DNA of 32,000 nucleotides, taken from positions 75,058 through 107,057 of the forward strand of contig JAJRZD010000017.1 in NCBI GenBank assembly GCA_024275415.1, read 5' to 3'. The DNA is from an archaeon (GTDB lineage: Archaea; Asgardarchaeota; Thorarchaeia; Thorarchaeales; Thorarchaeaceae). The number at the start of each line of letters is the position of its first letter. The stretch's first letter is position 1. The notes beneath the pieces were generated by a model. The model searched no databases, was not told the origin of the DNA, and saw only the letters and a list, made by a program, of their open reading frames with translations. Both the position numbers and the translations under genes were made by a program. Shown here in pieces: positions 1-9,979 of the stretch.

Positions 1-1
1 C

Positions 2-1147
2 CTTTCACATGCTGATGAGCTCTTCATGAAGCAAAAGGAGGTCGTGCTCAGGTCATGGGATGTGGTTCCCCGCTTCATGGATCGCAAAGAACTCGAGGCC
101 CTTCTCAGCAGGACTGAGGTGACTGAGATTGAGGATAGCATCCCTACTGAGACCCCACTGGACAGGTTTGTCGAGCTTCTATTTTCTGGTGTCAGGGCAG
201 GAGAGAGTGACGATTGGCACATCACTCTTGAGGAAATGCATCGATGGAAGGGATACAATGACATCGCGGACACCAAGATAGTTATTCGCCCACTTAATGC
301 AGCTGGCATCATCGCACCTGTCCTACGAACAGCTCGTGCTTCTCTGCTGATGAGCGGAACCTTGAGACCCACATCACTATATAGTCGTCTCATGGGCGTG
401 CAGGGCGCACTTGAGGAGGACATCACAAGCCCCTTTCCTCGTGGAAGTCGCATGGTGCTTCTTGAGCAGGAGTTGAGTACGAAGTATACCGAGCGTGGGA
501 CGGATTTGTGGAGGAAAATAGCTGGACGAATTGAAACTGCATTGCAGGCCATGCCTGCAGAGAAGTCCGCCCTTATCGCGTTCCCGAGCTATAACACCAT
601 GCAACAAGTGCTCAGCTTCAACATCGACACGGGATACAGGCAACGTGTTGTCGAAGAGCGTGGTGCGAAAATCGAAGAATTGATGGAACTCATCATACAA
701 AAGCCCTGTGCTATTTTCCTAGTGTTTGGCGGGAAGTTCAGCGAAGGTGTTGATCTCGTCCAAGATGGTAGGTCTCTCGTGGATTTGATAATAGGTGTTG
801 GTATCCCGTTCAGTCCTCCCACGCGATACCAACAGGCGTTGCAAGAGTGGTACGACAAAAGGTTTGGCGAGGGCACTGGTTATTATTACTCGTCAGTAGT
901 CCCCTCTATCCGGAAGGTCGTTCAGCTTATCGGACGGCTCCGAAGGTCTCCAGAGGACTCTGGGGTTGTCATGCTAGTGGATCGTCGTTTTGGGAGGCAT
1001 ATCAAGATGTTTGGTAAGGGTATCGAGTCTGACTTGTGGCCTTACAAGACCGATGAGGAGATTCGATATGCTATCAAGATGTTCAATCAACTTAGGCAGG
1101 AGAGTGTAAGAGAGAATGGAACTCCAACAGAATGTTTGGGATGTTAG
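2..1147 (+). CDS. xpd: XPD/Rad3/DinG-family SF2 helicase, C-terminal part (5'-truncated by window edge)
   Basis: Motifs LMSGTL (III), IAFPSY (IV), GGKFSEGVDL (V), GVGIPF and VVQLIGRLRRSPEDSGVVMLVDRRF (VI). The frame is open from base 2, so ATG 26 is not the true start. Confidence 0.88.
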   Translation, partial: LSHADELFMKQKEVVLRSWDVVPRFMDRKELEALLSRTEVTEIEDSIPTETPLDRFVELLFSGVRAGESDDWHITLEEMHRWKGYNDIADTKIVIRPLNAAGIIAPVLRTARASLLMSGTLRPTSLYSRLMGVQGALEEDITSPFPRGSRMVLLEQELSTKYTERGTDLWRKIAGRIETALQAMPAEKSALIAFPSYNTMQQVLSFNIDTGYRQRVVEERGAKIEELMELIIQKPCAIFLVFGGKFSEGVDLVQDGRSLVDLIIGVGIPFSPPTRYQQALQEWYDKRFGEGTGYYYSSVVPSIRKVVQLIGRLRRSPEDSGVVMLVDRRFGRHIKMFGKGIESDLWPYKTDEEIRYAIKMFNQLRQESVRENGTPTECLGC

Positions 1148-1334
1148 GAATCAGATCGTCAAAGTTTCGGCTGGAGGAGCGGTCGCTATCGTGCTGACAA
1201 TGATACTAGGCATTGTTGCAGTGATGGTTCTTGGAATCATCATGCTATGGGCATTTGGGGCACGCTTGACGCTTCGTGGGATGGGCGGCACTATCGATTA
1301 CGAGTCGATACAACAACGTGGTGACATCTTGTGA
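1116..1334 (+). CDS. small hypothetical membrane protein
   Basis: 72 aa with one long hydrophobic segment (AGGAVAIVLTMILGIVAVMVLGIIMLWAFGA). Its TGA overlaps the next GTG start (GTGA, 1331-1334). Confidence 0.6.
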   Translation: MELQQNVWDVRNQIVKVSAGGAVAIVLTMILGIVAVMVLGIIMLWAFGARLTLRGMGGTIDYESIQQRGDIL

Positions 1335-1924
1335 AGATAATGGATTCGTCGGCTCTCAGGTGGTCGATCCCCATCTCATTGGCTAGCGCGTGGGGAATCA
1401 AGGTGGCATTAGACGGCTCCCCAGATGTTCTCCTACAGAGTGTCATCGGGACTGCTGCACTTCTCTTGGTGGTCATGCTTGTCATCAGGAACAGAGGAAC
1501 CACCCGGATTTTCTGGGACGCGGAGAGGAGCCTACTGGCAATTGTCAGGACATGGACAATCGAGGTCAGCGCGGGACGCATGATAGAGAGCATACCCACC
1601 GAGATTGATCTCTCCCACAACAGCAGACGGGTCTTGGTCGCCATGGGTGCACGGTATGAAGACGAAGAAGGCGGCGAGCTGACGTTCTCTGTCCTGCGCC
1701 CCCTTGAGAGCGCACCTACGCTCATGGGGTTTGTTGTTTCACGAAAGAAGATGAGGATCGTCCGCGACTATGTGGATATGCAGTGCTTGGCCGATATGGT
1801 CACCAGTGACTCGCAGGTTCTTGAAAGTGCTATGCGAGCATCATTCTATCACACACCAATTTCAGTGGCTACCGCCGAGACCTTGGTGAGGATGAAGTCT
1901 GGAGGGGTCGCTCTTGCTCGGTAG
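1331..1924 (+). CDS. hypothetical protein with N-terminal transmembrane segments
   Basis: 197 aa, two N-terminal hydrophobic stretches then a soluble alpha/beta region. Overlaps both neighbours. Confidence 0.65.
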   Translation: MKIMDSSALRWSIPISLASAWGIKVALDGSPDVLLQSVIGTAALLLVVMLVIRNRGTTRIFWDAERSLLAIVRTWTIEVSAGRMIESIPTEIDLSHNSRRVLVAMGARYEDEEGGELTFSVLRPLESAPTLMGFVVSRKKMRIVRDYVDMQCLADMVTSDSQVLESAMRASFYHTPISVATAETLVRMKSGGVALAR

Positions 1925-2180
1925 TGATGTGATCTACCTAGAGATTCCATCATCCCTTCCCCTCCCCTCACTGATGGAGTCCCTTGCGATCGGACACGGC
2001 TACCAATGGACAGTCCTCGTAAAGACGCCCAAATTTGTTGCGTGGGGCAAGACTTCGATGGGGCCCGAAACTGAAGTACTGATCATTGGCAGACAGATGG
2101 TTCTGCAAAGTCAGCCCGCTATGGGTGAGCGGATGAAGCATCTAATCAAGGTGCTGGCGAGAAGGAGGAAACAGCGATGA
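1914..2180 (+). CDS. hypothetical protein
   Basis: TTG start preceded by GGAGGGG (1901-1907). ATGA overlap with the next gene. Basic C-terminus ARRRKQR. Confidence 0.55.
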   Translation: MLGSDVIYLEIPSSLPLPSLMESLAIGHGYQWTVLVKTPKFVAWGKTSMGPETEVLIIGRQMVLQSQPAMGERMKHLIKVLARRRKQR

Positions 2181-4516
2181 CACGGAGACATGTGATGGGT
2201 AGTGAGCCCCCAGTCGATCCGGTTGATCAGGTACGTCAGGCAATGCTTTCAGTCACGACGGATAACTCGATAAAGTTCAAGAACCGCAAGATACCAGAGT
2301 CGTGGACTGCCCCTACCGTTATCATTTTTCTATCGTTCATCGGGGTGTTCTTCTTCCCAATTCTTGTCATCATCCTTACGCTCGTCTTCATTCCTTCTCT
2401 ATTTGTGCTTCTCCAACTCCATCGGAGAGAACCCTTCGAGCAAGAAGGGCAGTGGCGTCTTACCCGTTTTACCCTTCCAAAGATAAGGGTTGTAGCAGGA
2501 TCGAAAGCCGTAGAGCTGAGAGGGGAACAGACCTCGTATCTGTCAGGCTCAAAAGTGACAAGGGTGGACAAGCACTTGCGCGGCGACCTTGCTAGTCTGG
2601 TCCGAGGCATCTACGCTGAAGATGGTTTCTGTCTCAACGTATCGATGAAACCAAGTGACACAAGTAGAGTAATGGACCACGATGTGCTGCACAGCAATAT
2701 CCGATCATTCTTACGGACTGGCTTTAGTGGAAGTGTCGAATCCTATATGGAATCACATGGCTACCTCTGGGATGTAGGAGTTTCTATCATTGGCAATATC
2801 CAGGATGAGCACATGGTCAGGAACTTCCAGAATTCCATAAAGGGAGCCCTACCTGTCAAACGATGGAAGACTGTCAAGCCTGATGCGCTGGCACAGACAG
2901 TCGAATCGTTCAACGCACAGAATGTCGAGCACACCTTCTATGCTGTGGGAGAGGAGCTTTCTGGATGGCTTGTCCAGATGCGGTCAGAGCTGACAGGCGA
3001 GGTGGGGATGAACGTCCCAGGGCAGTTCTATGCATCAATCCGTCCGCGTGTGGACGAGATTGCCATCGGCAACGTCATACATCCCGATACCCTGAGAGAA
3101 GGCCCTCCGATTGGACTGCTACCAGAGGAAGTCGCTGATGGCGTGCTAGTGTGTGGGGGTTCTATCGCGAATCGAAGGCTCGTGCTTGGACATCTTATCA
3201 AAGGGCTTCTTGAGCGTGGGAAACGTATCCTCATTTTGAGCGCACATAGCGAGACACAACTATTCACAGCACTCCACGATTCGGGAGTGGGGTTCGTGCT
3301 TGGAAAGAACTTCGTGCTCAACCCCGTAGACAACGAAAGGGTGCCAAGAGCAGAATATGTCACGCAGTTGCTGATGTCGTTGGAAGTCCTTACAGAGAAG
3401 ACACTGACCTTTGCCGCTGACCTTGAGCAGGCACTCGTACGGGCGGTGGCATTACCCTATTCCACTGTGGCAGATGTGAAGATGGAGGAAGACGAGACCA
3501 TCTCCACTGAATCAGGAACCACTTCTCAGCCATCGACATTGGGCGACAACAGGCACTCATTCATGGGGATGGAAGCTGTGCGTCGCCTGTGTCAAGGTGC
3601 GGGTGCTCGGGCGTTTTATGGCACACAGACTGTCTTGATCGAACGGTTGACAGGGCTTCCGCTCAGTGTGCTTTCTGTCCCCCTTGGCAATGATGCTCTG
3701 GAAAACTTCGCTTGGGACCTGCTCCTGTTGAAGCTCGGAGCTGTCAGGCATGACAAGGATTTAGTAGTAGTCCTAGACGACCCATTATCTTTACGATACA
3801 CATTTAGAAGGTTCGGACGCCGAGAGACCTTCATCGAGCGCCTGATGCGAGCTCTTTCTGAACGGTTCAGTCTCATAGTCAGCATCGATCGCCCCAGCGA
3901 CATTGGAACCGGAGTCCGGAGTCTTCTCCAATCATGCATCTCCTTGCGGTTGAAGCATGACGATGATGTTGCCAGTGTCACCTCGACCCTTTCACTTAAT
4001 GTCGTGAGTTCAGGACTACACAGCAAGGCAAGGTGGTCTCCGCGGGAATCGGCATTCCTGCGAACGCTTGATGATGGCATGGCACTCATTGTGCGGGATG
4101 CCACTGAAACTGCACAACCAGTGAAACTTCTCCCGCCTCTGGAACTTGGTTCTATCTCTGATGATGATATGAATTCTAGGATCACTACTGTTGTTCCAAG
4201 CGTTGAGACCCCGTCTGATATGCGGGATGGGACGCTCATCGAACGAGTTGGCAAGGGTGACTCCGAGTTGACTACCCATGTGTTGCGCCTTCTTGAGAGA
4301 TATGAGCCTCTCACCGAGAACGCGGTCAGGAAGTTCATCCAGTCCAAGGGTGCCTTGTCTGAAGATATCGATGTGGAAGGCATCCTCATCCGTCTGAAGC
4401 AGGCAGGAATGATTCTCGAAGGGCATGAAACTCACAGTGGGGTTTCCTACAAGAACTATCGATTGACCATGAAGGGAACGCTTGCACTTAGACAGGCTGA
4501 GGAGGTGACAGGATGA
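2177..4516 (+). CDS. membrane-anchored HerA/VirB4/FtsK-like P-loop protein with degenerate Walker motifs and probable C-terminal winged helix
   Basis: N-terminal hydrophobic hairpin. The Walker A position reads VLVCGGSIANRR (no GKT/S) and Walker B reads VVVLDDP. HerA/VirB4-style segment LIVSIDRPSDIG...LQSCISLRLKHDDDVASV. C-terminus LIRLKQAGMILEG...YRLTMKG is wHTH-like. Confidence 0.65.
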   Translation: MTRRHVMGSEPPVDPVDQVRQAMLSVTTDNSIKFKNRKIPESWTAPTVIIFLSFIGVFFFPILVIILTLVFIPSLFVLLQLHRREPFEQEGQWRLTRFTLPKIRVVAGSKAVELRGEQTSYLSGSKVTRVDKHLRGDLASLVRGIYAEDGFCLNVSMKPSDTSRVMDHDVLHSNIRSFLRTGFSGSVESYMESHGYLWDVGVSIIGNIQDEHMVRNFQNSIKGALPVKRWKTVKPDALAQTVESFNAQNVEHTFYAVGEELSGWLVQMRSELTGEVGMNVPGQFYASIRPRVDEIAIGNVIHPDTLREGPPIGLLPEEVADGVLVCGGSIANRRLVLGHLIKGLLERGKRILILSAHSETQLFTALHDSGVGFVLGKNFVLNPVDNERVPRAEYVTQLLMSLEVLTEKTLTFAADLEQALVRAVALPYSTVADVKMEEDETISTESGTTSQPSTLGDNRHSFMGMEAVRRLCQGAGARAFYGTQTVLIERLTGLPLSVLSVPLGNDALENFAWDLLLLKLGAVRHDKDLVVVLDDPLSLRYTFRRFGRRETFIERLMRALSERFSLIVSIDRPSDIGTGVRSLLQSCISLRLKHDDDVASVTSTLSLNVVSSGLHSKARWSPRESAFLRTLDDGMALIVRDATETAQPVKLLPPLELGSISDDDMNSRITTVVPSVETPSDMRDGTLIERVGKGDSELTTHVLRLLERYEPLTENAVRKFIQSKGALSEDIDVEGILIRLKQAGMILEGHETHSGVSYKNYRLTMKGTLALRQAEEVTG

Positions 4517-6693
4517 TCTCCACTGATCAGGTACACCCGATCATCAAGATGGTCGAAGAAGTTGGTTTCTCGCCACGAGGCATCCAGAGAAAGGCAATCG
4601 AGTACGGACTGCTCGATGGGAAAAGTGTCCTTGTCTGTGCTCCCACGGGTGCAGGGAAGACCCTCATTGGGGAAATGGCACTCCTGCGAGCTATTGAGGC
4701 TGGACGAAGAGGATTGTACCTCGTGCCCCTGAGAGCACTAGCAAACCAAGTCTATAGCATTCTGAAAGAAAGGTATGAGCGTCAGCGGATTACCGTCGGA
4801 ATTTCGACTAGCGACTATTACAGTACCGGTGAGCTCCTGAGTTAATATGACATCCTAGTGACGACTTATGAGAGGGCTGATTCATTACTCAGGCACAGGA
4901 CTCCATGGCTGTCAGAAGTAGGCACATTAGTCATCGATGAGATCCAGAGCCTGGGTCTTCCGGGTCGTGGCGCACGCCTTGAGAGTACTATCATCCGCTT
5001 TAAGAAAATCGTAGAGAACCTTCAGATAGTCGGCCTGTCCGCCACAGTCGGGATGCCTGAGCTGTTGGCTGAATGGTTGGAATGCGAACTCGTCGAATCG
5101 AATGAACGAAAAGTCCCTCTTCTAGTTGCTGTTGCAACACGACCAAACCGTGATGAAGCTGTCCGCACATATACAATGAAGACTATCCAGACCAATGGAC
5201 AGGTGATCATTTTCCACCGGACACGGAAAGAAGCCGAGGCGGAAACAAAACGATTGATGCCTCATGTTTCAAGGCATCTGACAGAAGAAGAGCGGGCACT
5301 CTTGCAATCCACGCTCGGGTCGATAGAGTACTTTGATGCATATCTTCCAGAAGGACTGAGTTCGGCTATGCTGAATGGTGTTGCCTATCACAATGCCAGC
5401 TTGAATGGAGGTGCCAGAAGGATGGTGGAGCGCTTGTTCAGGAAAGGACTTATCCGTGTCATTTGCGCCACAAGCACATTATCTACAGGAATGGATCTTC
5501 CTGCAAGAACCGTCATCATTGCTTCGTGCAGGTCTCCTGCAAACTACAATGAGCTGTTGCCTGCAAATCGAGTACATCAAATGTTGGGACGAGCGGGCAG
5601 ACCTGGGATGGACAGGAAAGGTTACGGTTTTGTGATTGCCCAGAGCAAGGGACAGGCAGAGGAAATCAAGCGCAGGTACTTCATAGAAAGTACTGACGAC
5701 CTAGGAGCCACTGTGCTCCTCCCAAAATATGATCCAGTGAACAGTGTTCTTGGAGATTCCAAGGTGTTAACAGAGCAGCTGCTTGTCGCGTTGGATATGT
5801 TGCGGGAGGGCTCAATTGAGGACGTTGAGGACTTCCTGCTGGCACCGTCACTGCTGACATTCCGTTCAGTTAGACAGTCGCAGCCGACCATGCGACTCTT
5901 CATACTAGGTGAGATTACGGCAGAGGCCGTCATTGAACGGCATGGTTTCATGGATACGGTTCGTGCAGGACGAGGTGATGTTCTGGGAACTGTAGATTTG
6001 AGAGAGAAGACTGAGCACATCATAGGCGGACTGGTGACTGAAACTGGTGGGGCTAGCTATACCTGCCGGTTCAGTACTAGAGTCACTCAGTCAGGAACAA
6101 TGGAGGGTCCTCAATGCTCTTGTGGGAAACCTCTCGATGCCAGTGGTGTTCTCTGTCAGCATCTTGTCACATTAGGGTTACAAGCTATACAGCAGGAGCC
6201 CGAGAGGGCTGACTTTATCATCCCACTTGCATTGGACGAGATCAGCCCCCTCAGGGTGTTGGTACGACTCGGTCTTGTTGAAGGGGGAGAATCCAGCGGA
6301 ACCTATCGACCGACGCCGTTGGGATTGCTTGTATCACGATTATACTTGAGGATCGATACGGCCCGCGAGATGCTAGCAATGATGCCGTTGATTGAGGAAC
6401 CGCAATCCTTTGTCCGGTTCTTGCTGCATCTGATCGAGATTGATACAGGCACAAACCTGGAACAACCACACGAACGTCTTCTTACACTTGCGGCTTCGAC
6501 CACGATGCCCTTTGATCAACTATCCGAATACAGTGGTATCCCAACCGGCGATATCTACACATTCCTTCAACATGCGCGATGGCTGAGCTATGCAGTCATG
6601 GCAATTGCAAAGAAAGGTAATCTGCTTGAACTGAGCGACATGGCACAAAGACTCTACGAGGAGGTTGACGCTCGTTTTACAGGAGGAACTTGA
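4513..6693 (+). pseudogene. Hel308/Ski2-like SF2 helicase with inserted SWIM zinc finger, interrupted by one in-frame TAA (4843-4845)
   Basis: ORFs 4513-4845 and 4858-6693 share a frame and join as ...GELLS*YDILVTTYERADSLLRH. Motifs APTGAGKT, DEIQ, SAT, FHRTRKEAE, TSTLSTGMDLPA and QMLGRAGRPG. SD GGAGGTGA at 4501-4508. The stop may be an assembly error. Confidence 0.85.
6115..6162 (+). other. SWIM-type zinc finger motif (CxC-x10-CxH) inside the helicase
   Basis: CSCGKPLDASGVLCQH, preceded by the beta-rich segment GASYTCRF, matches the SWIM consensus CxCx(n)CxH. Confidence 0.75.
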
Positions 6694-6694
6694 A

Positions 6695-8395
6695 TTGACA
6701 ACATCAGACGAAACAGAGGTTATTGCAAAGGAGGCTACGGCCGAGGACGAAAAGGAAGCGCCAACAAACATGATTGTAGGGCTTCTCGAACGAACAGGAC
6801 ACAAGACCCACATCTATTCGAACGGTATCATTGCAGCCCTTCGACTGGAGGGCATTGAGGGAACGAGAGGGGTTCATGTGGACATCGTGTTCATCGTGGA
6901 CTGGGATTTAGGAGCGTTCACTGGAACCAAGATGGGTACTCAGGCTGTGCTCCTTGAGATTGTCAATAGAAGCACAGACTCGATTCTCAGGGACTTCGGC
7001 TACGGGGATAGGTATTGTACAATATCAAAACGCACGCTAAAAGGCAATGTTTGTATTGACACCCTGTGTCCAGATCTCGGAAAACAGGGAAGTGTTATCC
7101 ATGCCACTCGCACAGTTTACGTGGTCTACGAGGAGCGAAGACCAGGGATGGATTTGTCGTGGTTGACTGAGGAAGCCCGTATCCTTCCAAAGGAGGATTT
7201 CATCGTAGCACGTGAGAGCGATATACGAAGCCACAGACCTGAAGTCCAACGTCGGGTCGCTGAGGAGAAATGGACCTTCCTCAGCCGCGGGCTGGTGTTC
7301 CTCTATGGGATGGCTTTTGCATCGGTTTTTACGATATCGAGTTTGGTCGGTCTTCTTGTGGCGTTCATCAACGCGAATGGTATAATGATCCCATTGGCTG
7401 GATTAGTGGTTGGTGCCGTCCTCTCACTCGGCACCGCTTATCTATCGATAACCCATATCTCCCAGTTCAATAGAGATCTGGAATCGGAGAGGCAATCGCT
7501 TTCCAAAATCGGGGATACTGCAAGAGTCGAGGCCAGTGCCAGCACCAGCAAGGACACGTTAGACCTGCTAAGAGACCTGTCCTTTGTGGTTTCGCCACTC
7601 ATGGCTGAAGTCGGAGGGGCAATCCGTATTGGCGATACCGAGGGGGCCGCTGAAACAGCGAACCTCATCATTGATGAAGTAGTCCGGCTCTCACCTCATT
7701 CAGTGAAGATGGGGGATGAAGGCATCTCCAAGTTCATCGGTATGTTCACGTCGCAGGATCCCGAGTGCGATGTGGGTGAGCTCTCTCTCTGTTATTCTTC
7801 ACTCACTGGGCACATCACTAATCCGCTAAGCGAGGAAGATGTCCTGCGCAATTGTACCGTGCTGCTCAATTCATTGCATAGGATCGGAGGAGTCCGCACC
7901 GAGGTGAAAGAAACTGTTGACAATATGATGAATGAACGCTCGATGAAAGCAGCATTAGCAGAGATTCGCAAAGAGATGGATGTGCCGGTACAAGAGGAGC
8001 CCTCTCAGGAAGACCTCCCTGTTGGTGCCGATGATGCAGACATCAACTTGTTGAAAGAGATGGACAAGGAGGCTGAGGAGATTACCCCTGACGAGCCCTC
8101 AGAAGTGGTCGAGACCGCCAAAGATGCTTTAGACACAGCACATCCCGAAACAAAGGATCATCCCCATTCAGAGGAGGACGATACAGCAGCCAGTGACCAA
8201 CCGGACTCTGGGGAGGTGATTGACTTCGTAGAAGTGGAGGCAGTGACAGTGGAAACGATTGAGGTCACTCCTTCCGTGGAAATCACAGCAGCCGATGTCA
8301 TAGACCAATCCAAGAAAGAAGCAGTAATGTATGCAAACTCAGGACGTGACAACTCTCGTCCTGAACGGAGGAGGAAGGCAAAGAGTGCAGCATGA
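6695..8395 (+). CDS. hypothetical membrane protein with two central TM helices and a long acidic low-complexity tail
   Basis: Likely TTG start at 6695 after AGGAGG (6681-6686); the ORF track starts at 6665. Two hydrophobic segments (GLVFLYGMAF...; IMIPLAGLVVG...). E/D-rich region about 7980-8330 and a basic end RPERRRKAK. Confidence 0.75.
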   Translation: MTTSDETEVIAKEATAEDEKEAPTNMIVGLLERTGHKTHIYSNGIIAALRLEGIEGTRGVHVDIVFIVDWDLGAFTGTKMGTQAVLLEIVNRSTDSILRDFGYGDRYCTISKRTLKGNVCIDTLCPDLGKQGSVIHATRTVYVVYEERRPGMDLSWLTEEARILPKEDFIVARESDIRSHRPEVQRRVAEEKWTFLSRGLVFLYGMAFASVFTISSLVGLLVAFINANGIMIPLAGLVVGAVLSLGTAYLSITHISQFNRDLESERQSLSKIGDTARVEASASTSKDTLDLLRDLSFVVSPLMAEVGGAIRIGDTEGAAETANLIIDEVVRLSPHSVKMGDEGISKFIGMFTSQDPECDVGELSLCYSSLTGHITNPLSEEDVLRNCTVLLNSLHRIGGVRTEVKETVDNMMNERSMKAALAEIRKEMDVPVQEEPSQEDLPVGADDADINLLKEMDKEAEEITPDEPSEVVETAKDALDTAHPETKDHPHSEEDDTAASDQPDSGEVIDFVEVEAVTVETIEVTPSVEITAADVIDQSKKEAVMYANSGRDNSRPERRRKAKSAA

Positions 8396-9071
8396 TCACA
8401 TCGAGCATCTGATCAACGACGGTGGGATTATCCATCTCTCTGGAGAGCCCTTCTCGGGAAAGACTCGACTAGGGATACACTTTGCAGCAAAGGCATCTCA
8501 GTCCGGACATGTGATATGGCTGTGCGCAGACGGAAAGACCTCATTCGTCGAGGACTTGCGAAAGAACATCACAGCGAGTCAGGGAGTGGTATCTAATTTG
8601 GAATTGATCTTTCCGAATGGACATGAAGAAATCTACGAGTCTCTTATGACGATCCATAGTTTCCTTAAGGATGATACAATTCTGGTCGTCATTGACCCCA
8701 TCACCCGAGCTATTGACCTTGGCAGAAGATATGACGATGAGATGTGGGGACGAGAATTGTTCGAAGACGTTCTTCCAAGCCTTGTCGGGCTGGCCATGGG
8801 GAATGAACTATGCATCGTGTTCACAAGTGAAGTACGTATGGGTGAAGGGGGTGCTACCCGTCCTGTGTTTCACAAGAAGCTCACACAGTGGGCTGATGTA
8901 GAGATACACGCAGAACGTGCCATGACGATGACCTATTCTCACCTTACTCTCAGAAGGTGTAATAGTGAACCAGCAGATTTTGGCATCATGCGCATCAAGA
9001 ATGGACTTGTCACTATTGATGTAAGTGGTCAGGAGGTGCAGGATTGTTCGGAAAGCTCGTGTTCCGTCTAG
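8385..9071 (+). CDS. RecA-superfamily RadB-like paralog with intact Walker A
   Basis: IIHLSGEPFSGKT (Walker A), VIWLCADGK and LVVIDPIT (Walker B). Probable GTG start at 8385 after GGAGGAGG; the ORF track starts at 8331. Confidence 0.75.
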   Translation: MQHDHIEHLINDGGIIHLSGEPFSGKTRLGIHFAAKASQSGHVIWLCADGKTSFVEDLRKNITASQGVVSNLELIFPNGHEEIYESLMTIHSFLKDDTILVVIDPITRAIDLGRRYDDEMWGRELFEDVLPSLVGLAMGNELCIVFTSEVRMGEGGATRPVFHKKLTQWADVEIHAERAMTMTYSHLTLRRCNSEPADFGIMRIKNGLVTIDVSGQEVQDCSESSCSV

Positions 9072-9979
9072 CCAAGTGGGGTGTGATAGGCGCGTTCGCG
9101 TTGATAGCGGGCGTCTATTTCATTTCGTCCGTGTCAGGCATAGTCGTCCAGACTAGGACTGGCAACTTGCTACCGTTCGTGAGCCTTGCGGTGGCTGCAT
9201 CACTACTTGTATGGGTGTCGGAGAACAAAGAGATAGAATGGAAGATTGGCGCGCTCATCCTGAAGGTACTCTCAGGATTCTCGGCAGTGTTCTTCCTCCT
9301 CACACTCTTCCTCTTCTTCGCCCCGAACATCATCTTAGGAATCGTTGCTGCACTAGGCGGGCTCTTTTATCTTGCAATGCTTTCGAACCCAAAGTCCTTT
9401 TCTAGAATGATGGACTCGTCCTATGCCTTCTCTGGTGGGCTTGGCCCCATTACCCCTATCAACTATGAGCGTGCAGTCCATGCATTCAAGCAGCATGTAC
9501 AGGCGTATATGATAACACCTGCACAGACAGACACTATCATCACCCATCTCAAGGACCGCCCCCAGCTCCCAATCGCTATCACGCGCTTCGAAGAAACAGA
9601 TATCCTGTATATCCAAGAGAAGTCCGAGGTGACCACCCGGATCCTCTCTCTGCTAGAACTCGCTGCTGTCTCACCAGCGCCACCGTTCCTCACACATATA
9701 GTCGTGGCACTTCCACTGATCGAGAATGAGAACGGGTTTGCTCTCTCGGAATACCGGATTGTGGACGACCAAACAGTCGTCGAGAGGTTGCTGACAAATC
9801 TTCCACTTCGAACCACTGTCATCCCGCACCAGAACGGGCCCCGACTCATTATCCCTGAAGAGCATATCATCGGGATGGACGCCAAGACGATTCCACGTAG
9901 TCACCTCTTCAGGGCAGTAGTGATGAAAAATATCAGGGGATTGGAACCCTCCATGGAGGTCGTGCATGTTGCCGATTGA
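9044..9979 (+). CDS. hypothetical membrane protein (about 4 N-terminal TM helices plus soluble domain)
   Basis: 311 aa with four hydrophobic segments in the first ~115 aa. TTG start after GGAGGTG. Overlaps both neighbours. Confidence 0.7.
   Translation: MFGKLVFRLAKWGVIGAFALIAGVYFISSVSGIVVQTRTGNLLPFVSLAVAASLLVWVSENKEIEWKIGALILKVLSGFSAVFFLLTLFLFFAPNIILGIVAALGGLFYLAMLSNPKSFSRMMDSSYAFSGGLGPITPINYERAVHAFKQHVQAYMITPAQTDTIITHLKDRPQLPIAITRFEETDILYIQEKSEVTTRILSLLELAAVSPAPPFLTHIVVALPLIENENGFALSEYRIVDDQTVVERLLTNLPLRTTVIPHQNGPRLIIPEEHIIGMDAKTIPRSHLFRAVVMKNIRGLEPSMEVVHVAD

Noticed and set aside
4843-4845. Selenocysteine or pyrrolysine recoding of the helicase stop
   Set aside because: The codon is TAA. 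Sec uses TGA and Pyl uses TAG, and other genes here end normally in TAA.
6740-7200. Mrr/PD-(D/E)xK nuclease domain at the N-terminus of the acidic-tail membrane protein
   Set aside because: There is only a vague resemblance (LLERTGH...VDIVF), and no convincing (D/E)xK catalytic motif is visible.
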